A stretch of 64,000 nt of DNA from a virus, in the IMG/VR virus record IMGVR_UViG_3300017527_000515, positions 32,001 through 96,000 of that record. The stretch is one strand, 5' to 3'. Under the pieces are notes generated by a model. That model made no database searches. It had not been told where the DNA came from and saw only the letters and a program-made list of their open reading frames with translations. Positions 1 through 11,033 of the stretch are shown here, in pieces; positions within the stretch are counted from its first letter, which is position 1; every line of letters begins with the position of its first letter. A program made the translations under genes and the position numbers.

Positions 1-349
1 AACATTTATTAATATAAAGAGACAGGTCATCATTAGAACTAGTTACATCCACTACTCTGGTCCATGAGCTATTAGGTTTAGTTATTTTAAATCCTTCTAT
101 ATAAATAGACTGTTCACTGACAGGTGCGTAAGTTATATACACTGAAGAAGACCCACCTGACGGACTACGTATCTCAACGGTACCTGTATAATTATCAGTA
201 CTCGCCCTAAGACTCACAGCCTTATCTATAGTTACACTTTCAACATATTGAGCAGGATCTACAATTATTAAATCACCATCTGAAGCTGCGTCAATAGCTA
301 ACTGTATACCTAAATAGTCTTTGCCTACACCTACATATATAAAAGCCAT
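1..349 (-). CDS. Parallel beta-helix (pectin-lyase-like) protein, probable tailspike/adhesin; 3' end outside the window
   Basis: Not in the ORF track. ATG at 349 with GGAG upstream, inside the end of the previous gene. It reads MAFIYVGVGKDYLGIQLAIDAASDGDLIIVDPAQYVESVTIDKAVSLRAS..., the typical IQxAIDxAxxGDxIxVxPxxYxExV beta-helix cap, and stays open to base 1. Confidence 0.75.
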   Translation of the reverse strand, partial: MAFIYVGVGKDYLGIQLAIDAASDGDLIIVDPAQYVESVTIDKAVSLRASTDNYTGTVEIRSPSGGSSSVYITYAPVSEQSIYIEGFKITKPNSSWTRVVDVTSSNDDLSLYINKC

Positions 350-352
350 AAT

Positions 353-3300
353 TTAAGCTCCTGTATAAATATAATCTGGTAAAGTAAAACTATCTGTTCT
401 TACATATACTCCATCGGGAGTAGCGCTGCCGAAGTATATCAATATAGTACCGTCATCATTTACTAAGACTGGTTTTGAATTTACATTAGCAGAATTAGCA
501 GATGATTGTCGGGCTACGTGGTGCCCACCATAGGTACTATCAGTACGATAATATAGATCTTGATTATCATTACTATTATTAATTAAAAAAGTAGCAGCAG
601 CTTGGCATTTCCACCCTGGAGGAACAACCAGTGTAGTAGAAGTCTCCGAATCAGATGGATTTTGCCAACCGTTAGGGTTGGCTGCTGATCTCCACACCAC
701 CTCTCCGGCAAAAAGGTCAAAGATAAGTACCTCTGAAGAGTCAGTACTGTAGATAACCCCTATACATCTATCGTCTCCATCATAGTACCCCATGTTTGGG
801 TAATCTATTGTAGGTATACCTGAAGATGCTGTGAAATTAGAACTATCTAATGTGGATGTAGAACCAGATACATTAGTGTATACATAGTACCATGTATCTG
901 TTGCTAGTCCAGAAACAGTGACTTCAGTTCTATCATTCAATTCGTACATACCATAGTAACTATCTTTCATGTGTATAGTTCCTGGGTTTATGTATATACC
1001 ACTTGTTGTTGCGTACTCTACCTGTAAGGATTGCTTTCCTTTATCAACTGGTATGTCTGTTATATCTCTCCAGCGATAAACTTTTATAGTACAAGATACG
1101 GCATTAGCTACTGCTATATCTATTGACGTTACGTTATCTTCAGTATTAGACCAATAACCAGCAAAGGTACTTGTTATTCTGTCTGTGTTAGCAGAATCAT
1201 ACACAGTATCTTGGCAATTAACAAATCTTGGGCCTCCTGATTTTAAATACACATCAGTGGTAGCAAATATCTGCCTTGTAGCTAGTGGAGTTCCTAAGCA
1301 GTATCTAAAATCACTGCCAGAAAGCACTGACCCTCCGTCAGCAGAAGAACCATGTTGTGTAATGAGTCCCACACTGTAATTAGAACCTGAATCATTATTT
1401 AATCTAAAAGTAGTGTCAGGGGCCACTGTAGTCATCTTTGTCCACGATGATTCTATCTTTGCTCGCGGCCAATTATCACCATCCCATGGAATAGACTCAC
1501 TGAATGTTTCGTTATCAGCTTCGATAGTTGCCACTAGTACCCAGTTTCCTTCCGCAGGCGGAGCCTCAGTATAACTACCACTTATTTTAGCGATAGCACC
1601 TGTGTTGCCGGAAAGATCTGTGGGGCCAGCAACACCAGTAACCGCCGAACCATCAGAAGCATACGCAAGGAATTCTACATAATCACCGGCATTTAAGTAT
1701 TCTGTGCAGGCATGTGCTCTGGCATCATTGGAACCTTGGCCAGAAATTCTATTAAAATCTAATATTTTAGTGCCATTTACCTGCCACTTAGTTCTTACAC
1801 TAGTGGGGGCAGAACTAGTATTAAATCCTGCGGTAAATACGTACCAACCATCAGACGGAGCAGTTAGTCTAGTTGGGTTACTTACATCCCAATAACCTTC
1901 ATCGTCTCGCAGTGTGGTATCCCAACTTAAAGGTGTGTAAACACCATCAGGTAACGACTGAGTAGTGCTTCTATAAACCCTAGCACCAGATGTACCCAGC
2001 CCTCCAGCGGCCGCGCTAACGAAATCTATACCAGAGCCAGTAGAAACCAACAGTTGCCCTGTTTCACCATAATCATCTGGGGTATCAGTTAAACCAGAGA
2101 ATGTTGTTGGAGATTCAGGTAATTCCTCCCACACAATTCCAGAGCCAGTAGATATTAAGTGTTGATTTTCTGTGCCAGAATACGTTACTGGGGTATCGTT
2201 CAGATCCAAAAAGCTCTCTACATAACTAGGAAATAGTTTGAACTCTAAGGCTGTAGCCGCATCATTTGCTCCTAAATAACCACTAAAGGGAACTTCTGTG
2301 ACTTCATATGTACATAAAGTATTTCTCAGAGAAAAATTAGTAGCTTTTATCCAAGCATCTGTTCTAGCTATCTTAGATATTCTAATGTTATCAACAACGC
2401 CATCAAAGCCATTGGCTGAGTTGCTGTATTCACCACCAATAACAATGGTGTGGGTGTTAACCTCAAAGTTCGTTTCTCCAGAAGCATTGGTTGTGTGACT
2501 GCCGTTGTGGAAACCTTTCATGGCGCCGCTATTCTGGGTCAGGGCTGAATAATAGTAAACATCTTCTGGAACATAAGCATTTGATATGTTTATGCTGTGT
2601 GATGTAGAAGATGGGTGGTAAGTACCACCTAATAAATTATCGGTAGATCCAGTAGCACCTGCACCTGTTTGGAAAAAATAATCAAAAGCTGGGTTAGCAC
2701 CACCGCGCACTACTATTTTTTGGTATCCATCTATAGAAAAATCATCTGGTTTATGTAGTGCTTCTAGAGTAAGTTGTGTGGTTAGATTTTGAGAACTTGT
2801 ATACGGAATATTAATCTCATCGTCGCCGCCATCAAAATCTATACCCTTACCAACCAAGCCATTTACTAAATCCCCGCCACCCATACCACCAGCCGGAGTA
2901 CCGTGGTTGTGATTAGAGGTACTATCTTTTATGCATAAAGAGCCGCCAGCAGGAGACTGTGCCATATTATATACAGCTATGAAATCACTATCCCAAACTG
3001 CTTCAGCCGGTGTGCTATTCACATCCCCAACGTAGGTGGTGTTGTCTGGCAAGTCTGCACTATAAACCAGCCTTAATACCGTATCTTCTACGGAAGATAT
3101 ACTAGGAACTTTAGTATGAAGAACAGCTTTATTACTTCCTTCTTCCCACAATTCTATTTCTGTATAACATTGCTGGCTAGCTTCTGTTAGTATCTGAAAC
3201 TTTTTAGAGTTAGCGCCGAGCTCCGTAAAAACTAAAGAACTATTTAGTACTACTGTTAAAGGAAAATTGGTCAGAGTAGAATCTATTTTAGTATGATCTA

Positions 3301-6300
3301 TGGTTATTACTACTTGCTTTACTACGTCTGGATAAACTGAAGGAGTATCAGTTAGTCCCAAAAATGTTGAACTTCCTGACGCCGTACTGACTGGCGCATC
3401 GTTGACTAGTAAATCATTACCATCAGCCGAAAGTTTTAAATCTCCTATGTACACTGTTCCGCTGGAAGTATAAATATCATTACAATGAATGTCTCCAGTA
3501 CCTGATATAGTACCCGTGCCGAAGTTCCATGGCACATAGTCACTAAGATCCCCGCCTCCTCCTCCTGTATTTTCAGCCATCTGAATAACTGACATTCTGG
3601 CTGGGTGTGTCGCAAATTGTGCTGTTTCTGTCGAACCTTTTTCCTGTCTAACATACGTATCTATATAATCACCAGCAACACAATCCACCAAAGTTGTTAT
3701 TTGTAGACTCTCTACTGATGTAGCAGCAGCTACTCTTTTACCGACCGTTTGGATGGGCACACCGTTTTTGCGGATTGCAATAGTAATAATATCCTGGTCG
3801 CCCATAAGAGTCAAACGTTCGGCAGTAGAGGTAACTAGATACTTACCGTCTTGTTTGGCAGTAACCCTGTTGTTAACTGTATCTGCTATATCACCCACAT
3901 TAAGGTCTACCCCGTTAAAAGGTACCTTATACCATACACCACTATCCATAGAAATACCAGAGTTGCAGGTCATCTTAGCCATGTGTAATGACGCACCCTG
4001 GTCTACACTGGCGTATTCGACCAGCTGTACAACGGAAATGGTTGGTGGTTCTGGCGTCACAACCTCTTGAGCAGAGCCTGTGTTTTGCCACATATGTAGT
4101 TCTAATTCGTCGCCCTCATTCAAATCTAACACGGTGTTTAATTCTACTGGAGCATATCCACCGCCGCCGGAAGCTTCCCATATGTCAAGAGCTACAGAAG
4201 TACCATTTACAAATAAATATAGCCAAGATTCCTTCTGGTCGGTAAATATAGCGCCATAACGATGTTTTAAATTTATATAGTATTTACCATCTCTTTGTAT
4301 GAAAACAGAACCGCTTGTAGTATTAGCCATACCACCGGCATCAAATTCTATAGTGTCTAAAGGTATCTTAGTGTCTGCTCCCCCAGTAGGTAAGCTGAAT
4401 GAAGCCTGTCGGCTCATCTTTGTCATATGCATTATAGTACCACTAGGTACTACGTCTACAAATTCTACACCCGATGCTGTAGTTTGAAGGTATTTACCTA
4501 CCTCACCGGCGTATGAAGTGGGAGTATCATCTAGATCTAAGAACGTTTGAACATCTGATGTACCACCTCCCCCACCTTCAGAGCTGGTAAATTCAGCCAG
4601 TCTCACCACTGACATTTTAGGTTCCCACGATCCAGTGTTTGTGTCACGATCACTACCGTGATTATGATAGATATAATATTCTAAATAATCATCTTTTTGT
4701 AAATCAAGAATATCAACTATCGTAGGGGTGTTATTATTAATATGAGCAGCGCCAGCGCCCGGACTACCATTGACATATATATAAGTTAGTAAATCTCCAG
4801 AAAGACCATCCAGATTACATTTACCAGTGACTAGGTATTTTCCCGCAGTCTTAATAACAAACTTACTGTTATTAATATCTCCTATGTCGCCCATATTATA
4901 TTCTAGAGTATCAAAATCTACTTTTTGTACGGCACCACTGGATATACTTTGCGCACCGGCTCTCGACATACTGGCCATGTCTGATGATATACCAGAAGCT
5001 ACTGGTAATTGTAGATTAACACGTTTATACAACCTAAATGTACCAGTTAGATCTGTGTTGTCTGTCCATAGTCTGAAAGATGTAATTTTATCTGATGTAT
5101 TATCCCAAAAAAAACCCTGATTTGATGACCACCATTTGTCAGTATCATCACTTCTTTGAGCTGATCTGTTATTAAGAATTACCCGCTTCTGGCCAGTATT
5201 TTTTAGATACCATGTAGTTTTTTCAGTTTCTACATAATCATAAGAGTTGGTCAAGTAGAAAAAGGTCGAGCCAGGAGATGTATTTGATACAGGGACGGCA
5301 CCATCCTGTGTAACATAACCAACATCATAATTAGCGCCACTATCGTTATTGAATCTTAATTTAACATTAGATCCACCTGGAATCTCGGCGTTTATAACTT
5401 CGAATATTACCACATCATCTACATCACCGTCCCATGTAAAGGTTTGGTCGATGCCGCCCGAAATTAAAGTCCACTCTTGTACCAGCTCATTAACATAAAT
5501 ATTAGTATCTATATAATCAGGTTCATATATAGGTAGAGATACATTTGTTCTTTTGTATATTTTAACATATCCTGTAATATCATCAGTAGTACTTAAAGTA
5601 AAAGATTCTACCTCATCTGCAGTATTATCCCATATACCAGTCAGTAATACATTATTATGATCAGCCTCATCAACCTCGTATCTCCATTGCTGTGATGCGG
5701 ATACTCTTTTTTTGCCGGACTTTAGAAATAAATTATTTACAGAAGCAACATAACCGTTAAGGACAGTATTTGCCACTGACATATATGTATACGGATCTTC
5801 CGCTCCACCTGACGCGCCATTAGATATTTGCCCTAACCAAGACATAGAATAATTTGTTGAAGTATCATTATTAAATCTTAAATAAGTAGCAGAACCTCCC
5901 GTACCAGTTGCCTGATACTGACACTCTATTACCCATCTATCATCGGTATTTCCTTGTATACCAGACAAAGTAACATTTAAAGTTTCATCATTAGCACTAT
6001 ACTCAGCCACCAGTTCCAGGGCCTCATAATCCGTACCTACAGAGTTTATATTATGTGCCGAAAAATCTATACCCGAACCAGTGGACACCAGTACCTTGCC
6101 TATAGTGTCAATATAGTCATTTGGGGTGTCGTTGTGGTCTGTAAATGCTTCAGCGCCAGGTGCCTCTCCGCCGGAAGCAGTAGTTGGCATATATAACAAG
6201 TCCCACTCTGCGCTGCTAAGCTCCATCATCTCTATTTCACTTAGATGAACCTCTGCTCCGCCAGAGTTGATGGCAGTAATGAATACTCTATAGTATAAGA

Positions 6301-7489
6301 AATCCTCATCATTGGTGAATTCATACTCTTTCCAAACGCTTTCTGGCCATTGGGGCTCACCAGTCACAGTAAAGAATGTAGTTTCTTCACCCGCGAAAGC
6401 GCCTGTGTTTGATCCTCTGAATGAAAAATCCCTTGGGCTTTTAATATCATTTGCTGGATGCATTCTAATCTTTTGTATCTGCTTCTGTGCTGCAAACTGA
6501 TACCCTATCCACACGGGATATGTGGGTGAATTTCCAGTAGACCAACGACTAGTATAAGAAGTATTGTTATCAAATGCTTTAGAAGGAGTATAACTAAGGG
6601 CATACTCACTGCCTTGCGGCGTGCCCCCAGTACATTCATCAGAACCATATGTAAGTATAGTTTTGGCAAATATACTACCTGATATAGTATCTAGATAATA
6701 ATTATTTGGATCGCCCAATGCTCCTGATGGAGTACCTTCACCATTAAGCCAGAGTGTTCCAGCAGGAACCTCCACCCATTTGGTACCGTTAGCTTTAGAA
6801 TATAGGAATTTACCCTCATCATAAGTAGGTGGTGTGTCTGTTAACTCTAACAGCGTAGTGGCTTTAGTGTCCACATAGGATACAGTGGCCATCTCAGTAC
6901 CAGCCACAAATAGATTACCATTAACAGCAGTGAGTTCTACTTCTCCTATATATACTGTACCACTGGCTGTGTATATATCATTACAGTAGATGTCTCCCGT
7001 GCCAGAGATCGTTCCACTCCCAAAATCCCACGGCACGAAGTTATCGTAAGCAGCATGTGTGTGGTCATCAGTACCAGATACGGGTACAAATGCAAACTCA
7101 ACGCCGGATGCTGTAGCGCTGACCATCACAAATTGACCCTCTGATCCTGAGTACGTGGTTGGAGTATCAGTTAAGTTTATAAACTCAGACACTCCGGCCG
7201 CTATTATAGTACCACCACTGCCCTCTGACCCGTCATGATCGTGATCTGGTAGACTGCCGGTGGGGCCTTGAGTTATAACACTATACCAGGCATCTGTTAA
7301 AGAAGCGGTCAGTCCTGACTCATCTATTATTACTGTTGTATAAGGTGAGGAATAAGTTGACGACACGATAGTGGCGTACTTTACCCCGTCCAAACCACAA
7401 TCCAGCTTAACTCGTCTAGTCACAATAAAGTTAGTTGTCTCATTGCCTATGACTTTGAAGCTGTTAGCACTTACATAAATAGCATCCAT
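353..7489 (-). CDS. Giant mosaic tail fibre/adhesin (2378 aa): 7 LxDTP linker repeats, F5/8C discoidin, about 4 C1q-like domains, DUF2341 + LamG, 3 related R(F/L)NND domains
   Basis: Discoidin motifs SKAFDN...WIGYQF...YYRVFI...EIEM. C1q-like motifs VxFD...xxxGKYLV...YxE. DUF2341 IDHTKID..LTNFPLTV..CYTEIELW..LHTKVP. LamG GKGIDFDG...FDGVVDNIRISKIAR. GGGAG RBS. Confidence 0.85.
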   Translation of the reverse strand: MDAIYVSANSFKVIGNETTNFIVTRRVKLDCGLDGVKYATIVSSTYSSPYTTVIIDESGLTASLTDAWYSVITQGPTGSLPDHDHDGSEGSGGTIIAAGVSEFINLTDTPTTYSGSEGQFVMVSATASGVEFAFVPVSGTDDHTHAAYDNFVPWDFGSGTISGTGDIYCNDIYTASGTVYIGEVELTAVNGNLFVAGTEMATVSYVDTKATTLLELTDTPPTYDEGKFLYSKANGTKWVEVPAGTLWLNGEGTPSGALGDPNNYYLDTISGSIFAKTILTYGSDECTGGTPQGSEYALSYTPSKAFDNNTSYTSRWSTGNSPTYPVWIGYQFAAQKQIQKIRMHPANDIKSPRDFSFRGSNTGAFAGEETTFFTVTGEPQWPESVWKEYEFTNDEDFLYYRVFITAINSGGAEVHLSEIEMMELSSAEWDLLYMPTTASGGEAPGAEAFTDHNDTPNDYIDTIGKVLVSTGSGIDFSAHNINSVGTDYEALELVAEYSANDETLNVTLSGIQGNTDDRWVIECQYQATGTGGSATYLRFNNDTSTNYSMSWLGQISNGASGGAEDPYTYMSVANTVLNGYVASVNNLFLKSGKKRVSASQQWRYEVDEADHNNVLLTGIWDNTADEVESFTLSTTDDITGYVKIYKRTNVSLPIYEPDYIDTNIYVNELVQEWTLISGGIDQTFTWDGDVDDVVIFEVINAEIPGGSNVKLRFNNDSGANYDVGYVTQDGAVPVSNTSPGSTFFYLTNSYDYVETEKTTWYLKNTGQKRVILNNRSAQRSDDTDKWWSSNQGFFWDNTSDKITSFRLWTDNTDLTGTFRLYKRVNLQLPVASGISSDMASMSRAGAQSISSGAVQKVDFDTLEYNMGDIGDINNSKFVIKTAGKYLVTGKCNLDGLSGDLLTYIYVNGSPGAGAAHINNNTPTIVDILDLQKDDYLEYYIYHNHGSDRDTNTGSWEPKMSVVRLAEFTSSEGGGGGTSDVQTFLDLDDTPTSYAGEVGKYLQTTASGVEFVDVVPSGTIMHMTKMSRQASFSLPTGGADTKIPLDTIEFDAGGMANTTSGSVFIQRDGKYYINLKHRYGAIFTDQKESWLYLFVNGTSVALDIWEASGGGGYAPVELNTVLDLNEGDELELHMWQNTGSAQEVVTPEPPTISVVQLVEYASVDQGASLHMAKMTCNSGISMDSGVWYKVPFNGVDLNVGDIADTVNNRVTAKQDGKYLVTSTAERLTLMGDQDIITIAIRKNGVPIQTVGKRVAAATSVESLQITTLVDCVAGDYIDTYVRQEKGSTETAQFATHPARMSVIQMAENTGGGGGDLSDYVPWNFGTGTISGTGDIHCNDIYTSSGTVYIGDLKLSADGNDLLVNDAPVSTASGSSTFLGLTDTPSVYPDVVKQVVITIDHTKIDSTLTNFPLTVVLNSSLVFTELGANSKKFQILTEASQQCYTEIELWEEGSNKAVLHTKVPSISSVEDTVLRLVYSADLPDNTTYVGDVNSTPAEAVWDSDFIAVYNMAQSPAGGSLCIKDSTSNHNHGTPAGGMGGGDLVNGLVGKGIDFDGGDDEINIPYTSSQNLTTQLTLEALHKPDDFSIDGYQKIVVRGGANPAFDYFFQTGAGATGSTDNLLGGTYHPSSTSHSINISNAYVPEDVYYYSALTQNSGAMKGFHNGSHTTNASGETNFEVNTHTIVIGGEYSNSANGFDGVVDNIRISKIARTDAWIKATNFSLRNTLCTYEVTEVPFSGYLGANDAATALEFKLFPSYVESFLDLNDTPVTYSGTENQHLISTGSGIVWEELPESPTTFSGLTDTPDDYGETGQLLVSTGSGIDFVSAAAGGLGTSGARVYRSTTQSLPDGVYTPLSWDTTLRDDEGYWDVSNPTRLTAPSDGWYVFTAGFNTSSAPTSVRTKWQVNGTKILDFNRISGQGSNDARAHACTEYLNAGDYVEFLAYASDGSAVTGVAGPTDLSGNTGAIAKISGSYTEAPPAEGNWVLVATIEADNETFSESIPWDGDNWPRAKIESSWTKMTTVAPDTTFRLNNDSGSNYSVGLITQHGSSADGGSVLSGSDFRYCLGTPLATRQIFATTDVYLKSGGPRFVNCQDTVYDSANTDRITSTFAGYWSNTEDNVTSIDIAVANAVSCTIKVYRWRDITDIPVDKGKQSLQVEYATTSGIYINPGTIHMKDSYYGMYELNDRTEVTVSGLATDTWYYVYTNVSGSTSTLDSSNFTASSGIPTIDYPNMGYYDGDDRCIGVIYSTDSSEVLIFDLFAGEVVWRSAANPNGWQNPSDSETSTTLVVPPGWKCQAAATFLINNSNDNQDLYYRTDSTYGGHHVARQSSANSANVNSKPVLVNDDGTILIYFGSATPDGVYVRTDSFTLPDYIYTGA

Positions 7490-7500
7490 ACTTAACTCCC

Positions 7501-10500
7501 TTATAATCTTATGTTAAAATCGTCTACTGCTCCTGACAGTGTGGCATAATGAATTAGCTTGTCGAATTCTACAGTACTAAATTTGTCATTAGTAAAATAT
7601 ACAGTGCCGCTGCTTAAAGTAGAAGTTGGGTCGGCCCATATATTATTTATGTAGTTAGTATCTCCATCTAACACTCTCACGTTATAAGCTTCTTCTGAGC
7701 GCTCCACCATCTCCCATTCTGACATCTTAATCTTATCGTCAGCAGCGCGCCAATTATCAACACAGGTTAATTTGTATTGATAATATGACTTAAAATTATC
7801 AAACGAATATCTGCTCCACCTACCATAAGCGTAGTCTGTAAATGGAGTTGGTGTATCAGTGCTAGGCAATAATAAGTCCCAAGTATAGCCGTTGTTACTA
7901 GCACTTAAGGACACCTGCTTCGGGTAATAATATTCATTATCTGTAAAAGTCACTGGACGTAATCTTAGTTGGGATATCACTCTCTTACCCATTATAGGAT
8001 CACGTTCGTATAACTCCCATTCTTGTATGGCTATGTTGCCGCCATGTGTATTCAGAACATCTAATATATAATATTTGTAGTATGTAAGACCTGTACTAAA
8101 ATAGAAAACCTGCTCCTGCTCATTAGGTAAAGCTTCGCCTTCATATAGTAAAACTTTCTCATCCCAACCACTAAATCTAGGATTGTACTGAGAACCATAG
8201 AATTTGAAATCCTTGGCCATTCTACTAGTCGAGCCGGGGACAGCACGTATGGCGAGACATGCTATATCCTTAGTGGTATCAAACTTTATAGCTGCCCAAC
8301 CAGATGTGGTAGTAGTCTGCCAATAGTCTCTGTCGTGCACATCAGCATCATGGTCCGATAATTTAGACGCATTATAGAAATATACACTATTGGAACTATT
8401 ATAGTGTCTGTGATCAACACTGTTTATTGAATTCTCAGTTCTGCCAAAATCTATAGTTATATTACCTGTAGTAACAGAATCATCACTTATAAATACTGTG
8501 GATGGACTGCCAGTAGCATTATCCGACATTCTATACGGGTCCCCGCCCATGTCTGATAGGTGATGGAAATCCACATTCGTAACATCCGGGCCATAACTAC
8601 GACCGTCTAGCGGTTGGTGCCCAATATACTCATGATCTATATATAAATTGCTGGTATTTACTAATAGTTCTTTAGAGGGATCAAAGTCCCTTACTATCAC
8701 CCAATCTATTGCAACACCATTAGCTGAGCTCTGGTCTTCTCCGTATATTCTGAAGTTACTTACCTCTGTATTTCTATGTACCTTACGTTCCCAGCTGTCA
8801 TCATAATCAAATTCGCTTGAGTAGTGAGTTATTTTATACATTTCTACTTCTGGTAAATATGGGCTGCCGCCACTGGGGTATACTATTCTCCAATATAGAT
8901 ATGGAACGGTGTTATCAAAATTTATAATCCACTCATCTACAGCCGATGCTCCACTGCCGGGTACTACAATTATAAGATCCCATACCTTATCATCCCAGCC
9001 CGCTGCTGGATCATTTGAAGCCTCTATTTGATGATCATATATAGGCTGATTGCTCATATAAATTGTGATTCTGGTTATAGGTTGTGCTTCATCGAAATAA
9101 TACCCCCACCACATAGGTGCCTCAGAGCCTCCTATCCACTGTGTAGCAGGATCGCCGTCCACAGCCCGATAGGGTTTCCAATACTCAGGATGCCCTGTGT
9201 TATAGGATAACGCTGTAGCATGGCTGCTCTCTGTAGCCAAATCATCACTATATTGAGGAGTTGCCTCGCCACCTCGGTTAGTCATTCCCTGATAACAACG
9301 GTCGGTGCCTTCGTAATAACCAAAATATGTTTGGTTGTAACTATTTTCAATCAGGCCTTTATTGGTGCCGGGATAAGTTATATACGAACCGGCGTTAACA
9401 AAATCATGATATCTGTCAGTAGCGCCCTCCCAATAATAGTTAATACCCATTACATTTTCGCCGCCATAGCATCTGTATCTATGTGCTGCCACTGATGTAG
9501 AGGTGGGAGATCCTATTCCCCTAATGCCGTCTTCTATTATAAAAGTTCCTGGTTCAGTTAATGTCAAAACATCATCTGCAAAAACTTTAATCTCAGACAC
9601 TCTAATATTACTGCTTGTAGGAGCAAAACCAAACTTACCATTAAATCTAAAATAACGAGCTGTTAGGCCGGGAGCATCTAACACTAAGTCGATGTACCAG
9701 ACATAATCTTGTGCTCTCTGTAAAGGCATCTCCTGGTAAGAAAAGGTATATATAGCTGTCCAAGTACTATTATCATTGGACCAATACGGAGTACACCATG
9801 AAGTGTCATTCCAATATAAGTCTTGCGTTATATGCTCGCTATAGTTCCACCAATATACTCTTAATCTTTTAATGTTGGCTACTTCAGAACCCATATCCAC
9901 ACCCAGGTCGCAGCCTGGAGAAGATATATAAGAGTACGATGTGGTGCCTGAAGTTACTACACCGTCGATTAAACCAAGCTCGTTACCTCCCCAGCCACTA
10001 AAGCCGAGGTAGCAATTACCAGTATGCTGGTGGCTGCCCCAAAACGCATCTATAGGTCTTAATTCATATTCAAAGTTCAGCCAGCTGGATGACTGACCGC
10101 CTAAAACATCTGGTGATCTTATCCAGGCATCAGTCCCTAGGTTTATTTCAGAACTACTTATACTCCAACTACCACCATTTGAGGGCCACTTATTTACATC
10201 TAACGAGCCGCCCAGGAAATCATCTCCGAACCTAAACACTGGAGTAGAAACACTCTCAGCTTCATTGACAGCCATTAACGCTATTTTTTCTACTCTCCAA
10301 TAGACCTGTCCTTTGTCATTTACTATACGATACTTGGAGTACGAATTATCATTACCAAAGTAATACTCCCTATCGTAATGATATATATTATCTGTAATAT
10401 CTACTATTAAAACATCTTCACTGACAAAGTTGTCGTTGGACGCTCTTAACTCAAACCCAGCACCGTAGTAGCCAGAACCATCTCCCCTAGCCACCAGCTT

Positions 10501-11031
10501 AGTTATTCTCTCTGGAGCACTAAGATTACATTGTACCCACCCATCTTTTATTATATCACAATATGCGTCGGTGCCATCGAAAGCATTATCTGGTGAGATA
10601 GTACCTGGTGAAGACCCAGAAGTACTAGCTCCCAACGCTAAATCATCAGTATAAATTATAGACCCTTCTGTTGATTCTCCTAGCAAATATCTTAAATCCG
10701 ACACGCCGGTATCATACTCAAATCCCCAGAAAGCATACAGTGTTCTAACCTCACCACCTAGTATTTCTGGCAACTTAAACCACAAAGTAGCTCTACGCTC
10801 GATGGCATTCCAATAGGCAATCCACATCTGTAAAACACCAGTTCCATTAGAGCTTTCGGCCAATCTAAAGTCTGTGCCGTCTGTCCTAGACAAATCAAAA
10901 TTGAAGTTAGTATCTGTCAAAATCAACTTCAACGGGATATACGTCTGCCTTTCGCCTGAGGGTTCAGTAACATAAATTGGCTGGCGATATTTATATAAAG
11001 AAGTATTCACATCTGAAGAATATTCAGCCAT
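7501..11031 (-). CDS. DUF2341 plus multiple discoidin (F5/8C-like) domain virion protein (1176 aa)
   Basis: N-terminal YRQPIYV..FNFDLSRTDGTDFRL..ATLWFKLP. Repeated AFDG/AVDG...YxYxRI...ExEM modules. Confidence 0.8.
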   Translation of the reverse strand: MAEYSSDVNTSLYKYRQPIYVTEPSGERQTYIPLKLILTDTNFNFDLSRTDGTDFRLAESSNGTGVLQMWIAYWNAIERRATLWFKLPEILGGEVRTLYAFWGFEYDTGVSDLRYLLGESTEGSIIYTDDLALGASTSGSSPGTISPDNAFDGTDAYCDIIKDGWVQCNLSAPERITKLVARGDGSGYYGAGFELRASNDNFVSEDVLIVDITDNIYHYDREYYFGNDNSYSKYRIVNDKGQVYWRVEKIALMAVNEAESVSTPVFRFGDDFLGGSLDVNKWPSNGGSWSISSSEINLGTDAWIRSPDVLGGQSSSWLNFEYELRPIDAFWGSHQHTGNCYLGFSGWGGNELGLIDGVVTSGTTSYSYISSPGCDLGVDMGSEVANIKRLRVYWWNYSEHITQDLYWNDTSWCTPYWSNDNSTWTAIYTFSYQEMPLQRAQDYVWYIDLVLDAPGLTARYFRFNGKFGFAPTSSNIRVSEIKVFADDVLTLTEPGTFIIEDGIRGIGSPTSTSVAAHRYRCYGGENVMGINYYWEGATDRYHDFVNAGSYITYPGTNKGLIENSYNQTYFGYYEGTDRCYQGMTNRGGEATPQYSDDLATESSHATALSYNTGHPEYWKPYRAVDGDPATQWIGGSEAPMWWGYYFDEAQPITRITIYMSNQPIYDHQIEASNDPAAGWDDKVWDLIIVVPGSGASAVDEWIINFDNTVPYLYWRIVYPSGGSPYLPEVEMYKITHYSSEFDYDDSWERKVHRNTEVSNFRIYGEDQSSANGVAIDWVIVRDFDPSKELLVNTSNLYIDHEYIGHQPLDGRSYGPDVTNVDFHHLSDMGGDPYRMSDNATGSPSTVFISDDSVTTGNITIDFGRTENSINSVDHRHYNSSNSVYFYNASKLSDHDADVHDRDYWQTTTTSGWAAIKFDTTKDIACLAIRAVPGSTSRMAKDFKFYGSQYNPRFSGWDEKVLLYEGEALPNEQEQVFYFSTGLTYYKYYILDVLNTHGGNIAIQEWELYERDPIMGKRVISQLRLRPVTFTDNEYYYPKQVSLSASNNGYTWDLLLPSTDTPTPFTDYAYGRWSRYSFDNFKSYYQYKLTCVDNWRAADDKIKMSEWEMVERSEEAYNVRVLDGDTNYINNIWADPTSTLSSGTVYFTNDKFSTVEFDKLIHYATLSGAVDDFNIRL

Positions 11032-11033
11032 TT

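Noticed and set aside
3440-7045. Duplicated VPWxFGxGTISGTGDIxCNDIYTxSGTVYIG segment (about 3440-3540 and 6945-7040) as a possible DGR template/variable repeat pair
   Set aside because: Differences are mostly synonymous and not adenine-specific, both copies are coding, and there is no reverse transcriptase in the window. It looks like an old internal duplication.
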